64,000 nt of DNA from Lama glama (lineage: Eukaryota), in assembly GCA_028534125.1 (NCBI GenBank), contig CM052816.1, positions 59,522,001-59,586,000 of the forward strand, given 5' to 3'. The notes under the pieces were generated by a model. The model worked only from the letters and a program-made list of their open reading frames with translations, was not told where the DNA came from and ran no database searches. Position numbers and translations under genes: made by a program. Positions within the stretch are counted from its first letter, which is position 1; each line of letters opens with the position of its first letter. This document shows, in pieces, positions 12,610 through 24,559 of the stretch.

Positions 12610-12840
12610 ATTTTTAACAATTATATAAATAACATATAACTAGGTAATCATTCAAAAATTTAAACACTACAGAATGTCTGTCCCTTCCATCCTCCAATCT
12701 CAATCTTATTTCCATACTACAGAGCCAACCACTGCTAATGCTATGGTATGTATACCTCCCAAGCCATGTTTATTCCATTTATATGCATATGTATATACAA
12801 ATAAACATGCAAATTTTTGGACACATAAAGAGATTGTGTT
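12610..12840 (-). mobile_element. Old L1 (L1ME-like) 3' fragment
   Basis: cagagccaaccactgctaatgctatggtatgtatacctccc resembles reverse-complement L1ME 3' sequence. Confidence 0.5.
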
Positions 12841-13339
12841 CAATTATGCACAATCCTTGAAAAGCTCAAGAAGTACAACCTTTGAAGAATCACAGCCACC
12901 AATTTTTCGATAACCCGTGTTTTATAGGAAACTAAGCTTACAACAAGGTCAGCTCTGTTCTCCAGGAAGATGACTGGTGAGATTTAATGAATTTTTATAT
13001 CTTAGTTTTCCAAAGACTTGTGGAAAGATTGCTTCGACTGAATGGATTAAATAGTATCTGTCGAGATAACAATGATAAACAACCCTATTTCTGGACCTAA
13101 CCCTATTAATTACTTCAAAGTGTGTTGTAAAATCCACAACACATAATTTTTATCCCCCATTATCTCTCTTTCTATAAGTCTTTATGATGTCTTGACAGGT
13201 TGAGGCTTTATGCTGGGGTGGCTGTTTTTCTTTAGGAGCAATGAATATCACAAAATCCAGTGTACTCCATTGCCAGGCTCCAAATTTGGATTGGTTTGTT
13301 CAGCCTCTTACTCCCACAGCACCCAGGACATATCTTTAC

Positions 13340-13660
13340 CGTAGCAATCTTCACATTACGAGACAAATTGCACCAGACCTAGGATGAGCATCTGCTTTAA
13401 TCTGCTGTATTCCAGCACCTGGAACACTGCCTGGTACACACCTAAGTGTTCAATAGCTATTTGTTTGTTCAACTAGATATGTTTCACGGAATCCCTGTTT
13501 TGCTGTAGGCTCTTTGGTGGTGAGGACTATAATATATTCATCTTTATATTTCTGCAACTAGTATTAGAACATAATTGGTGCTCAGAAATATCTGTTGAAT
13601 ATTTTATAAAAAAATAAAAACAAGTGAATCAGTAAAGGAGTAAGGAAATGAATGAATAAA
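13340..13660 (+). mobile_element. LINE-2 terminal fragments (two)
   Basis: gctgtattccagcacctggaacactgcctggtacaca...gttcaatagctatttgtt and ggtgctcagaaatatctgttgaat. Confidence 0.6.
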
Positions 13661-14723
13661 ATAAGGATAGGCTATTAACACCAGAAGTGGATATCACTGT
13701 TAATGAAGTGAACTTGTCTGAGTCTTAGTTTTCTGAATTGACGGCTTCTTTGATTTGCTTTCAGGGCCTGACTCTTACTTTTCCCTAAGCTACCTCGGCG
13801 TGCTATCTTTTCCTTTGCAAAGAAAATCCTGGGTCCTTCAAGTATGATAAGGGATATATAACTTTTTAACAGATTCTCTTAAAAGATCTGCTCCTGAGGA
13901 ACCATCATTTCAGTAATGGTTGATTTCTAAGATTTCCAGTCTGTTCTACATACAACATACCAAAGGCTCATGTTGCATACAAGGCAAGATATGATCATCT
14001 TCATTTCCACATTCTTTAGATTGCCTCTGAAATGTACAACTTGTGTGTATGTGTCTGTATGTGTCTCTGTATGCTGATAATCATTTTATTTATACAGTTA
14101 CTACCACTGAGTTTGGTCCTGGACGAGAACAAGAAAGAATTAAGGAAGTACATTAATAACCTTATCAGGAAAACCTTACAGGAATTCCTTGTACCAGGAG
14201 GTCAAATTGGCCTGAAATAATTCTTATTTCTTATCTGCTCCACAACTTACTCCTAAGAAACTGCTACTTGAGGACTGTTCAAAACTTTTACCACCAAGCC
14301 AAGACTGCTTGGGTTATTTCTCTTTGTTATTGCATTTCTGTGTGCACAGATCTTACCTTTTCAAATATTTATCTAATTGCATTTACTGAGAAGTAATTGC
14401 TTGTCTCACATATTTTATTCACAAAAGACTTGTACAACTGCCACTCAGATCTAATCGACATGGGCTAACTAAATTAAGTTAGTGAAATTGTCATTTTAGT
14501 TATAATAACAAATGGATAATATCTATTAGGATTTCTGAAATACTGAAAATAGTTTATGTATCTCTAGCATAATCTTTATGGACATCTGTGGACTGGGAGA
14601 CTAGTTATTTATAGAATTTCCTTAAGTTTTAAGATCTTGAATAAGGAATTGGAAGAGGTAGGCAAAGAACACGAAAAAGAACCAACAAGTATTTATCAAG
14701 TGATTCCTGGAATCACAGTCCAG

Positions 14724-14726
<3 letters not shown>

Positions 14727-14762
<36 letters not shown>
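14727..14762. repeat. (TA)n microsatellite
   Basis: Uninterrupted AT dinucleotide run. Confidence 0.97.
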
Positions 14763-14766
<4 letters not shown>

Positions 14767-16149
14767 AACACACAGACATACATACAGCTCATTCTGTATC
14801 TTCTAAAGTTTTATCCTTTCTGGGTTAAAGCTGTGTGATTTACTTGCCATTTGAAGTACTCAGTGTGAGAGCACAAGGATACACCTGTCATAACCTTACG
14901 CTGTCATGTTAAATTACACGCCAACCATAGGTACCATGGGAAGTACGACAAGCAGGTTTAAAGTGACATTTAGATTAGATGTGGTGGATTTATTCACCTA
15001 CTGGCTGGGTCTGATTCAATATTTTTCTCCTCTGATTTATTGTAATAAAATATATTAGCATAAATTTTTTTTCTTATGTTACATTCAATGCAACCAGATT
15101 AGAATTTTATCTTAAATTTGGTTCTTTAGAGTGGACGTAGAGTTAGCTTAAGTGAAGCTAATGCTGCATTTTGTCATTTGTTAGTTGTTAAGCAAGTTTA
15201 GGAAATGTGTTGGTGTTTAGTTTTATTTGATGTTTCTTAGAATTCCATGACTACTCTGAATCATAACATTTAAAGAGCCTGATGCTTAATAAATACTGCA
15301 GGATTTTATCTAATATAAAACCAGTCATGCTCTAGGAGAGTTAACTGATCTTATTGGAAAGTCTTGGAAAATCTCTGAGAACAGTTGTTTTGCCATAGAT
15401 TTAGACAGCACATATGTGGTATTTGGTGACACTGATACCACATTAAATGGTATCTTCAAACCTCCCTTTAACCAGTGGGACTATTCTACCTTCTTACTGC
15501 TTTTCTCTTCTCTATGTACCAGCTCCCTATTTCTCTCTAGGCACTTGTTAAATAGTTTGTAAGAAGTCTAATTTCTTCTCTTTTCTTGTTCTATCTGTCT
15601 TTGGGATATAAGTTAAATTCAGGCAGACAGAGGCAAATAGAGATGTAAAGAACTGAGATAAAAAGAAAAAAAAAAAAAACTACCAGAATACTCAGTCCAG
15701 AAAAAACAGAGGCGTCTGTATATCTTGCAAATGCAAATTTGGTAGTAGTGACAGAACATGGATAGATCCAATTAAGTCTAACTTATTGGGGAGGAAGGAT
15801 GGGGGTGGGGGGGACGAGGCAAGGGACAGGGTGGGGTGAAACTCAAAGTGGGTGTCCGCTGGTCAGCAGACAGAAGTGTGATTTTCTAAGAGGTCTGTGC
15901 TTGGGTGCGTATCCCACATGACGGAGCCCCTTCTTCCAACAATGATAGCCCTCAGTTTTTAAGTGAGGAACTCAAAGGCTCAATGCAAGGGCTGCACATT
16001 CTGGATAAACTCAAAAAGGAATGAGCTCAGACAAGATGAACTCCATCAGAGGTCTCAGGCAAGAGCATTAGAGTGACAATGGTCTTGGTTTCATCTTGAT
16101 TTTAGGATAATCATCACCATACAAAACCTAACAGACTCAAAAGAATGCT

Positions 16150-16360
16150 CATAATAATACTAATCCTAAAATTCATATAATGCTTAAAGCTCTTTTCCAA
16201 GGGCTTTCTCATCTGTTATTTACTTTAATCTTTCCAGTGCCTCCAGGGCATGAAGGTTAGGTGTTGTTATCCTCATCCTACTGATAAGGGAGCCAAGGCC
16301 CAGAGCAGCTGTCACTTGCTCAAGGCCACAGATGCCAGCAGCCGAGTGCTCAGGGACCCA
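16150..16360 (-). mobile_element. MIR SINE remnant
   Basis: gttatcctcatcctactgataagggagccaaggcccagagc...tcacttgctcaaggccacag is the MIR core in reverse. Confidence 0.7.
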
Positions 16361-17221
16361 GCATGTTCTTTGATTTCTGTTAGAAAATGCCACCCTGTGC
16401 AGAAGTCCTGTCCTTTCATGGTCTTCCTTTCATTGATGTCGGGGAGATTACTCAGCGGGTAGCACTCGACCTGACCACCTCTCTGGATGGGCCTCCTTCC
16501 TTCCACAGGCCAGAGCTGGTGGCCGCCAGAGGAGGATTCTTTTCTCACCACCCTGTTCATTCCACCCCAAGCACAGATTTCCTGTCTTGATAAGAGGAGC
16601 CTGGCTCCAAGAAGTGGGCGTGGCATTGCTGAAAAGAAAGTTCTGTGCTTTTCTTCTGAAGCCACATGGAAAAGTCTCAGTCCTCAAGCAGTTGCTGGCA
16701 CTTTCCAATGAGTTTTCTGTGGCGAATAACCCCAAATGCTTTACAAAGGGAATAGCTTGCAGATGTGGGTATGATAACCTGTGAAGCATGACTTAAATAT
16801 AATAATTGTCTCTAGCCTGCTCTTAACTGTGGCGTCAGAGTTTCTACTATGTCATTAGGGAAAGAATTTCCAAGTCTTGGAACACACTAAGCGAAGCTTC
16901 TGGCAATCACTGTTTTAACAAAGTTAATTGGCTTCTAACCAAAAATACAGGGGTAAAGTATGTGGGAATAGGAAAGGACTAAAATAAATGAAAGTTGCAG
17001 AGGGTCCAAAAGCTAAAAAAAGGTTTTTGTTGCTATTGTTATTAAGCTTAGAAATAATCATTTATCTCTTTGTGCTTAACCCATTGTCTTTTTATTGTTG
17101 TTGTTCTGGATTCTCTCATCTTTCTCAGTGAAGTAACTAATATAAAGGTGAATGTTTGCTTTGCAGACTTTCTTTACCAGCCCACCTCATCCTGCTGAGC
17201 AGAGCCAACTAGCAAAAGAGC

Positions 17222-17435
17222 CATAGAACTTTAGGGATAGATGAAGTTTAGTCATTATCCAGTCTAGTTTCCCATCTAACGAGGAGATTTCATCTACTAA
17301 TCCTTGGCAGGTGGTCCTCCAGACTCCCTACCTTCCAAGACCTCATGTTTGGATGGTTATTTCCATTAGAATGTTCTTTGCTATCCTGGATTTGTATTAC
17401 TCATACGTTCTAGTTTTACCCTCAGGAACTAGACA
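17222..17435 (-). mobile_element. L3/CR1-like LINE remnant
   Basis: catagaactttagg...atccagtct...caggtggtcctccagactc...ccattagaatgttcttt...gttctagttttaccctcagga. Confidence 0.5.
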
Positions 17436-17485
17436 GGACTAGTTTAGTTTTTTCTATCATAAGCCTTCAAATAATTCATGGGGAA

Positions 17486-17985
17486 NNNNNNNNNNNNNNN
17501 NNNNNNNNNNNNNNNNNNNNNNNNNNNNNNNNNNNNNNNNNNNNNNNNNNNNNNNNNNNNNNNNNNNNNNNNNNNNNNNNNNNNNNNNNNNNNNNNNNNN
17601 NNNNNNNNNNNNNNNNNNNNNNNNNNNNNNNNNNNNNNNNNNNNNNNNNNNNNNNNNNNNNNNNNNNNNNNNNNNNNNNNNNNNNNNNNNNNNNNNNNNN
17701 NNNNNNNNNNNNNNNNNNNNNNNNNNNNNNNNNNNNNNNNNNNNNNNNNNNNNNNNNNNNNNNNNNNNNNNNNNNNNNNNNNNNNNNNNNNNNNNNNNNN
17801 NNNNNNNNNNNNNNNNNNNNNNNNNNNNNNNNNNNNNNNNNNNNNNNNNNNNNNNNNNNNNNNNNNNNNNNNNNNNNNNNNNNNNNNNNNNNNNNNNNNN
17901 NNNNNNNNNNNNNNNNNNNNNNNNNNNNNNNNNNNNNNNNNNNNNNNNNNNNNNNNNNNNNNNNNNNNNNNNNNNNNNNNNNNNN
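17486..17985. other. Assembly gap (500 N)
   Basis: N run. Confidence 1.
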
Positions 17986-18288
17986 AAAACAAAAACAATA
18001 AAGAATAAACAAAAAACATTTTTTTAAAAAGGAATGAATGTTTTTGTGGGATGTAGATGGTTTTGCTGACGGTGATACTTGCAAGCAGCTATCGGTCTGA
18101 AAAATGTTTTTGCCATGAATAGGAAAAAATTAGCTGAGATTTTGCAAAATTCAAGCTCTTTATTAAAATAGCTGAACATAAGTGTTATCATTAAGCATTA
18201 TTTTGAAAAAATAAAATCAACATGGCAAGTCTTAAGAGAAAAAGTGTAAAAGTAGATTTTGGAAAGATACTTTGTTTAAAAAATTTGC

Positions 18289-18890
18289 CAGAAGGAAATC
18301 TACTTCAGGATGACACCTACACCCCAATGTTCATAGCAGCACTATTTACAATAGCCAAAACATGGAAACAGCCTAAATGTACATCAACAGGTGACTGGCT
18401 AAAGAAGAGGTGGTATATTTATACAATGGAATACTACTCAGCCATAAAAACTGACAACAGAATGCCATTTGCAGCAACATGGATGCTCCTGGAGAATGTC
18501 ATTCTAAGTGAAGTAAGCCAGAAAGAGAAAGAAAAATACCATATGAGATCGCTCATATGTGGAATCGAATAAACAAAAACAAAAACAAACAAACAAACAA
18601 AAAGCATAAATACAGGACAGAAATAGACTCACAGACAGAGAATACAGACTTGTGGTTACCAGGGGGGTGGAGGGTGGGAAGGGATAGACTGGGATTTTAA
18701 AATTGTAGAATAGATAAACAAGATTACACCGTATAGCACAGGGAAATATACACAAAATGTTATGATAACCCACAGAGAATAAAATGTGACAATGAGTGTG
18801 TATATGTCCATGAATGACTGAGGGATTGTGCTGGACAGTGGAATTTGACACAGCATTGTAAAATGATTATAAATCAATAAAAAATGTTAA
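18289..18890 (+). mobile_element. Young 5'-truncated LINE-1 (ORF2 C-terminus and 3' UTR), camelid-type
   Basis: [46 protein letters not shown]...EKYHMRSLICGIE* open to the natural ORF2 end; perfect 11-bp TSD AAAAAATTTGC at 18278-18288 and 18891-18901 at a TT/AAAA endonuclease site. Confidence 0.97.
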
Positions 18891-19247
18891 AAAAAATTTG
18901 CAGTCATATATGGGACTTCATAGAGTCATTTGTAATGCATCCAATTTACAAATCACAAGACCCCATCTGAGGGGTGTAAGTGGCTCCCGGCCTCTGGCGG
19001 TGATCCCATGTCTCATGCCCAGCCCTCTTCCTTTTCTGCATCTGAGGGCGACAACCACCTTGTGAGCATCCTTCTCTGCTGTTTCCAGCCAGCCAATCAG
19101 AAGAAAGGTTGGACTGCATCTTTTGCTTTCCTTTGCTCCCAGAACGCAAAACAACAGACACCAAAGCGAGAGTAAAGCTAGTACCTTTCTCAATGCCGAG
19201 AGCAAACAAGGGCAGGACCAACTCATTTTTATCATCAGCAATTAAGC

Positions 19248-19347
19248 NNNNNNNNNNNNNNNNNNNNNNNNNNNNNNNNNNNNNNNNNNNNNNNNNNNNN
19301 NNNNNNNNNNNNNNNNNNNNNNNNNNNNNNNNNNNNNNNNNNNNNNN
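19248..19347. other. Assembly gap (100 N)
   Basis: N run. Confidence 1.
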
Positions 19348-19724
19348 CTTCCAATGTGGTCTGATTAGATCAGAAAACAATGGGACTATGATATCTATTA
19401 AAACACATTACCACAATGTGGTCAGCAACTGGGTTTCTTTGTGTGACTCATAGACAGCATGTGGCCTACTACCACCCCTAGGTCATTTTCATATAGCAGT
19501 CAAAAAGGCAGTGTAATTTGAGGGGTACCACAAGGCCCCAACTACCCCAAAATATCTCCCCATTAGACTGTCTGGTCCTGTAGTCTCTGTCTATGTAGTC
19601 TGACCTCCCTCCATTAGAGTTACTTCTTTGGCTTAGACAATTGTGGTTGGGTAAATGAGTTGAGTCTAAGCTGCTCCTATCAGGATACTAGGAGTCATTA
19701 ACACATTGATGCAGAGTGGCTTTT

Positions 19725-21510
19725 TCATTGATTCAATGAATATTCATTGATTGCCTGTCATGTGTGAGGCATTGCTTTAGGTTCTGGGGATAAGGCAATG
19801 AACAAAAGAAACAAGACTTCCTGTCCTAATGGAGCTTGCATAGTAATGTGGGAAGACAGACACTATAACCAATAAAAGCTGCCACAACAATATAACAAAA
19901 ATAATAAAAATAGGTGTTCCTAAATATTTTAGAGAAAAAAATGGAGCTGAGGAGAGAAAGGGGAAGTGGCAGCAGAGGAGATGGTTGTGATTTAAAATCA
20001 GAGAGGGCCTCACTTAGAAGATCAAATCTGAGAAAAGCCCTGAAGGAGATGAGGGAGGAAGCCACATGGAGATCTCAGGGAAAAGCACCAACAGAGTGGA
20101 ACAGCAGGTGCTAAGGTGTGAGAGAATGCTTAGTGTAGCTGAGGAACAACAGGAAGACAGAATGGCTAGAGAAGTGAACAATGAGAAAAATAGTAAGAAA
20201 TGAGTAGAGAGAGAATGAGGCCAGGTTGTGCAGGTTGTACAGGCTACTGTAAGGTCTCGGCTTTCCTTCTAGGGGAGATATGAGGCCACAGGAAGGTTTT
20301 GAGCAGAGTGGTAACATCATCCGACTTGGTTTTGAAAGGATTCCTCTAGCTGTTGTGTTGAGAATAGACTATAGGGGGGTAAGGACAGAAGCAGGACAAT
20401 TCATTAGAAGGTTCTTAGTTTGATCCAGTGGAGAGATTTTCATGGCTTGGACCAGGATGGTAATTAAGGAGGTAGTAAAAAATGCTCTAAATCTGGATAT
20501 ATTTTGAAATATAGACTCTAAAGAATTTGTGGATGTTTAGATACGGAGTATGAGGGAAAGAAAGCAATCAAGAATGGCGCTAAGGGGAGGGTATAGCTCA
20601 GTGGTAGAGCACATGATTAGTGTGCACGAGGTCATGGGTTCGATCCCCAGTACCTCCATTAAATAAACAATAATAATAAATAAACCTAATTACCTCCTCC
20701 CACAAAACAAACAAACAAAAATTTTAAGAGTGACACTGAGGTTTTTGAATATGAGCATCTATAAGATCAGAGGTGCCATCACTGATGTGGGGAAGATGGG
20801 GACCAGCAGACACAGGGGAGAAAGTCTGGACTTTCAGACATCTGAGTGAAGGTATCAATCAAGCAGTAGGATCTATTAGTCTGGAGTCCAGGAGAGCAAT
20901 GTAGTCTGGAGATGCATAAATTCCTCAGCATGTAAATAGCCATTAAAGCCCAGAGGCTGGATGAGGTCACCAAGGGAGTGACTGCACATAAGATGAGAAG
21001 ACAAAGGCAATACAATGAGTCCTGAGACAATACAACTACCAGGTCAGGTTGCTGAGATCAGCAAAGGTGTCCGAGAAGAAGTGACCAGTTTACAGAAAGA
21101 AAGTCATGACAGGGTGGTGTCCTGGAAGCTCAGTGAGGAAAAGTGTATCCAGGGAGACGGAACAGTCCATGGTGTCAAATACTACTGATGGGTTAAGTAA
21201 ATGGAGGATGGACAATAACCACTAGATTTAGGAACCTGGAGGTTGATGGTGCCTTTGATAAGAGCAGTTTCAGTGAAATGGTTGAGACAAAAGCCTGATT
21301 GGAATAGATTCAAGGGAAAATGGGAGGAGAGAAATTTGAAATGGCAAGTATAGACAAAACTTTTTATGAGTTTTTCTGTAAAAAGAGCATAGAAGTGGGG
21401 AGCAGATGAAACTGTAGCTAGAGGGGGAGGTAAGGGCAATAAATTACTATTTTTAAGATGAGAAAATTATAGGACTTTTTTTCCCTTTGATGGAAATGAC
21501 CTGGTAGTGG
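19725..21510 (-). mobile_element. LINE-2 (about 1.6 kb of 3' region), interrupted by a SINE
   Basis: Starts cattgattcaatgaatattcattgattgcctgtcatgtgtgaggcattgct; continues with L2 hallmarks ggaaggttttgagcagag, ctggatatattttgaa, gataagagcagtttcagtgaaatggttgagacaaaagcctgattgg. Confidence 0.9.
20584..20722 (+). mobile_element. tRNA(Ala)-derived SINE, camelid vic-1-like
   Basis: ggggagggtatagctcagtggtagagc (A box)...gggttcgatcccc (B box) agtacctcca, then AT-rich body, cctaattacctcc and an (AAAC)n tail; eroded TSD aagaatggcgctaag / aagagtgacactgag. Confidence 0.9.
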
Positions 21511-22189
21511 GGGATTTTCAGTTTAACTATTTCTCCTCAGAACCTGTGGTGGAGAAGATCCAGGACAACATTTTTGATAGGAAGAAGAAGGTCTGATTCT
21601 TGGAATATTCTACGAAGTAGGCAGGCTGTGATGGAGAAAGCAGCCCTTTGGAAGCTGGGTTAGCAGGATGTCAGCATGAGCCTACTGGTGTGGATAGAAT
21701 TGTGTGTGGCAGGGAATGGGATGGATCCCAAAGACAACTCTCTCTGCTTCATCCCAATGTGAGATCTTCCTTAAGAGCACAAAAATCAGGCAAAAGTCCA
21801 CCCTAACATGTCATATTGCATTTGTGTTTCCACTTGTTTTTTGTTGTTGCTTTCTCAGTTAGTCAAAATGTATTTGTTAAATATCTCCTGATTCGATCTA
21901 ATTTCCCCTTTAATCCAATTCACCTTTATGTCTTAGCTTCCTAAGACTCAGAACAAAAGGTGGTTTTTTAGCTATAAAGTTCTCTTTATTCCTACTAATA
22001 CTGATTTCTTCCCCAATTTCCCATCTGCTTTTATTTCTTTTCTTTCAAGTGTAAATCTCAATGAGACCTAAACAGTTAGCATCTTATCATCCTCCCTGCT
22101 ATATATATATTGCATCTGAGACCCACCTAGTTATCCAGAGTTGGGATGCCTCTGAAACAGGTGGCTCCCTGTGGGAGAAGAGAGCATAT

Positions 22190-22242
22190 TGCTTGCTTGC
22201 TTGCTTGCTTGCTTGCTTCCTTCCAACCATCCATCCATCCAA
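22190..22242. repeat. (GCTT)n followed by (CCAT)n microsatellite
   Basis: tgcttgcttgcttgcttgcttgcttgcttccttccaaccatccatccatccaa. Confidence 0.9.
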
Positions 22243-22500
22243 TTAATCTTTACCTAGTACTTACTCTGCACCAAGTACTGTTTCTGGCACTTGAAGGGTC
22301 AACAGGGAACAAGGCACACATGGGTCCTTTCCTTAGAAGTCTTGTATTATAGTAGAGGAGACAGATAATAAGTAAAATTGTAATCCAAATTACTGTGATA
22401 AGTGCAATGAAGAGAATGCTAAGGATGTGATATAAAATAGCACAGAAAAGGAAGGAGGGTATTTTCTTTCGGTAGGGTGGTCAGGGAAGGCCTCTTCATG
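22240..22500 (-). mobile_element. LINE-2 3' end fragment
   Basis: tacttactctgcaccaagtactgttctggcact...tagtagaggagacagataat...ggtggtcagggaaggcctct. Confidence 0.75.
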
Positions 22501-22840
22501 TATAATCCTTTCCCTATCCCCAACTAGAAGTGACACCCTTTCCCCAGTGAGATGGGTGGGGAATGGGACTCTGTATGGTGTCCATTGCATTATTTGCTCC
22601 TAAACGCTCCCAAGCCTATCTGTGAAGTTAGAGTGAGACCTGGATGTACCACTTTATTTATTCCTAGGTAAGATTATGAGAATTTAGCAAGAGTCTTCAT
22701 CTAATAGAAATGGACACTGGCAGGTGGGGTATTCTCCCTCTGATGCCTGGGACAATCTGGCAACTCGTGGGACTCTTCCAGGACTCCCTGGTCCAAGAGC
22801 TCTGCCCTGGGTTTGGGGAATAAAGGGCTGGGAGTCAGGG

Positions 22841-22876
22841 TACTAGGGTGGTTCAAAATACTAGGGTGGTTCAACC
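22841..22876. repeat. 18-bp tandem duplication
   Basis: tactagggtggttcaaaa tactagggtggttcaacc. Confidence 0.9.
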
Positions 22877-23599
22877 TTAGGGGAAAAAGCAAACATTGGT
22901 GGAATATTTAGAAATCACTATTAGTTATACACACTGAGTATTGAATCAGAAGGATTTTTAATTCAAAGAGGACTATGAGTTAACATAACCTGATGGTGAC
23001 CTGTCAAAGTGGGCATTAACAAATCTGCCCCCTGCCACCCCACCAAGTTAGGTACAGTAAGACCAGTTTGCTTGCCTAATGCCAGTATTCATAGTTTATC
23101 ATCCATCACACCAAGTGATACTGAGGGGAAACTAATACTGGCATGAGAGATAACCAAATGTCCACCAAAATAAACACCAGGGGCCAAGATGGCTTGGAAA
23201 TTCAAATACAGAACAACCAAAGACGTTTGTTGCAGATGGAACAAGAGCCACAGGAACAGCTCAGACAAGAAGTTTAAGCAAAGAATATTTTGAGTAAGAG
23301 CCTCTTCTCACTGATGTGACAAATGACAGGACACCCACAGGTATGGAGGGGGAAGCATACCTGTTACTTTTAACCACTTTTTACTTTTCAGCATATATAG
23401 TAAGCACTTCTGAATGCAGTAGAGCAAAGATTGCCAAAGGGTCTATATAATTTAAAGTCTATGTAATTTAAAGGAATTGGGGGTCCTGCTGATAAATACT
23501 ATTGGTTGAGGTTTATCTCTGTCGTCTCCCTTGAGTGCCTCCTCCTGCAGCCAGGCTCCTCCCAGCCCAGCCGCATGAGAGAACACTGAATGCAGTACA

Positions 23600-23684
23600 T
23601 TTTTTAGTGGAGGTACTGGGGACTGAACCCGGGATCTCATGCATGCTAAGCATGTGCTCTACCACTGAGCTATACCCTTCCCCC
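23600..23684 (-). mobile_element. tRNA(Ala)-derived SINE (vic-1-like), head only with short A tail
   Basis: Reverse complement reads gggggaagggtatagctcagtggtagagcacatgcttagcatgcatgagatcccgggttcagtccccagtacctccactaaaaaa. Confidence 0.88.
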
Positions 23685-23894
23685 AAGTGCATTTTAAAGT
23701 TTACAATTTAGTTCAGTCCACCCTAATCTAATCATGGACTCACAGTGAATAAAATTACCCCTTCCTGTCACACGAGACTTAAATCTCTCCACCGTGTTTC
23801 TACTCGGTTCCTTATTTCTTGTAACTCGGGTTGTGTTGGCCTTCCTAATGGTCCTCGACTTTAATCGCTCCCATGTGTTCAATATTACATGGTA

Positions 23895-24005
23895 ATTTGG
23901 TCGTGAAAGAGTACTAGGCTAGGAGCCAGTTTCGTTCCACTCCTGGCTTTGTCACTAATTAGCTGTGACTCCAACAAGTTCATTCATCTCTGTCTTGGTT
24001 TACAA
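23895..24005 (+). mobile_element. MIR SINE remnant
   Basis: gtgaaagagtactaggctaggagcca...tcctggctttgtcactaattagctgtgac. Confidence 0.65.
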
Positions 24006-24099
24006 AGTCCTCCTCTCAGCCCAGCTTCCTCTCCTCTGCTTTGACCTCTGCAACACGGAGGAACGGGAGGTGCAGCTCTAGGAAAGTGCTTAGAGACTT

Positions 24100-24510
24100 C
24101 ACACCTAAGAAGTGGAGATGAGGGGAAAGCAAGGAAGACATTCTCACCTCCATCCAGATGTACAAACCCTCCTGCATCTGGACCTGACTGCTTCTTCCCT
24201 CCTGATGCAATGGAGGGTGTGTTCCTCTCCTAGCAAAGCCCAGATCCTGCATCTGGGGTCTGAATTCACCCCCCTTTCCCTTTCAAGTGTTATTCCCTGT
24301 CATCTCCTCTTCTTCTATCAGCTGCCTTCTCTAGGATCAGTCCTCAAGTCTGCAAATATGCTCTTGTATCTCCCCAGATTCTTCCCTGGTCCCCTATGCC
24401 CCTTGAGTTGCTGCTCCATTTCTCAGCTCCCCATCACAGTCTTTTCTTTAAAAAGGTATCTTGGCAAAGCCTTCAAACAGGCTCCTGTGTGGTTCCTGCC
24501 CTGCCATGTC
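24100..24510 (+). mobile_element. LINE-2 internal fragment
   Basis: Pyrimidine-rich ...gttgctgctccatttctcagctccccatcacagtc... resembling L2 internal sequence. Confidence 0.45.
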
Positions 24511-24559
24511 ACTCCCTCCCTTTCTCCCCATATGCTTACTTCACAACCTAGTGTTATAT

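Noticed and set aside
14098..14220. Possible terminal coding exon after tttatacag (LLPLSLVLDENKKELRKYINNLIRKTLQEFLVPGGQIGLK*)
   Set aside because: Weak pyrimidine tract, no recognisable protein, and no supported upstream exon.
16520..16537. CTCF-like sequence tggccgccagaggagga (also 41388-41401 and ~51496-51512)
   Set aside because: Each has mismatches in informative core positions; not supportable without a PWM scan or ChIP data.
17444..18084. Long ORFs of 170-283 aa here and at ~26.2-27.0, 45.4-46.1 and 61.1-61.9 kb
   Set aside because: Artefacts of reading through N gaps (poly-X).
20584..20658. tRNA-Ala-like gene (also 23608-23684)
   Set aside because: Followed by SINE body or A tail with eroded TSDs, and the copies are diverged from each other; SINE heads rather than tRNA genes.
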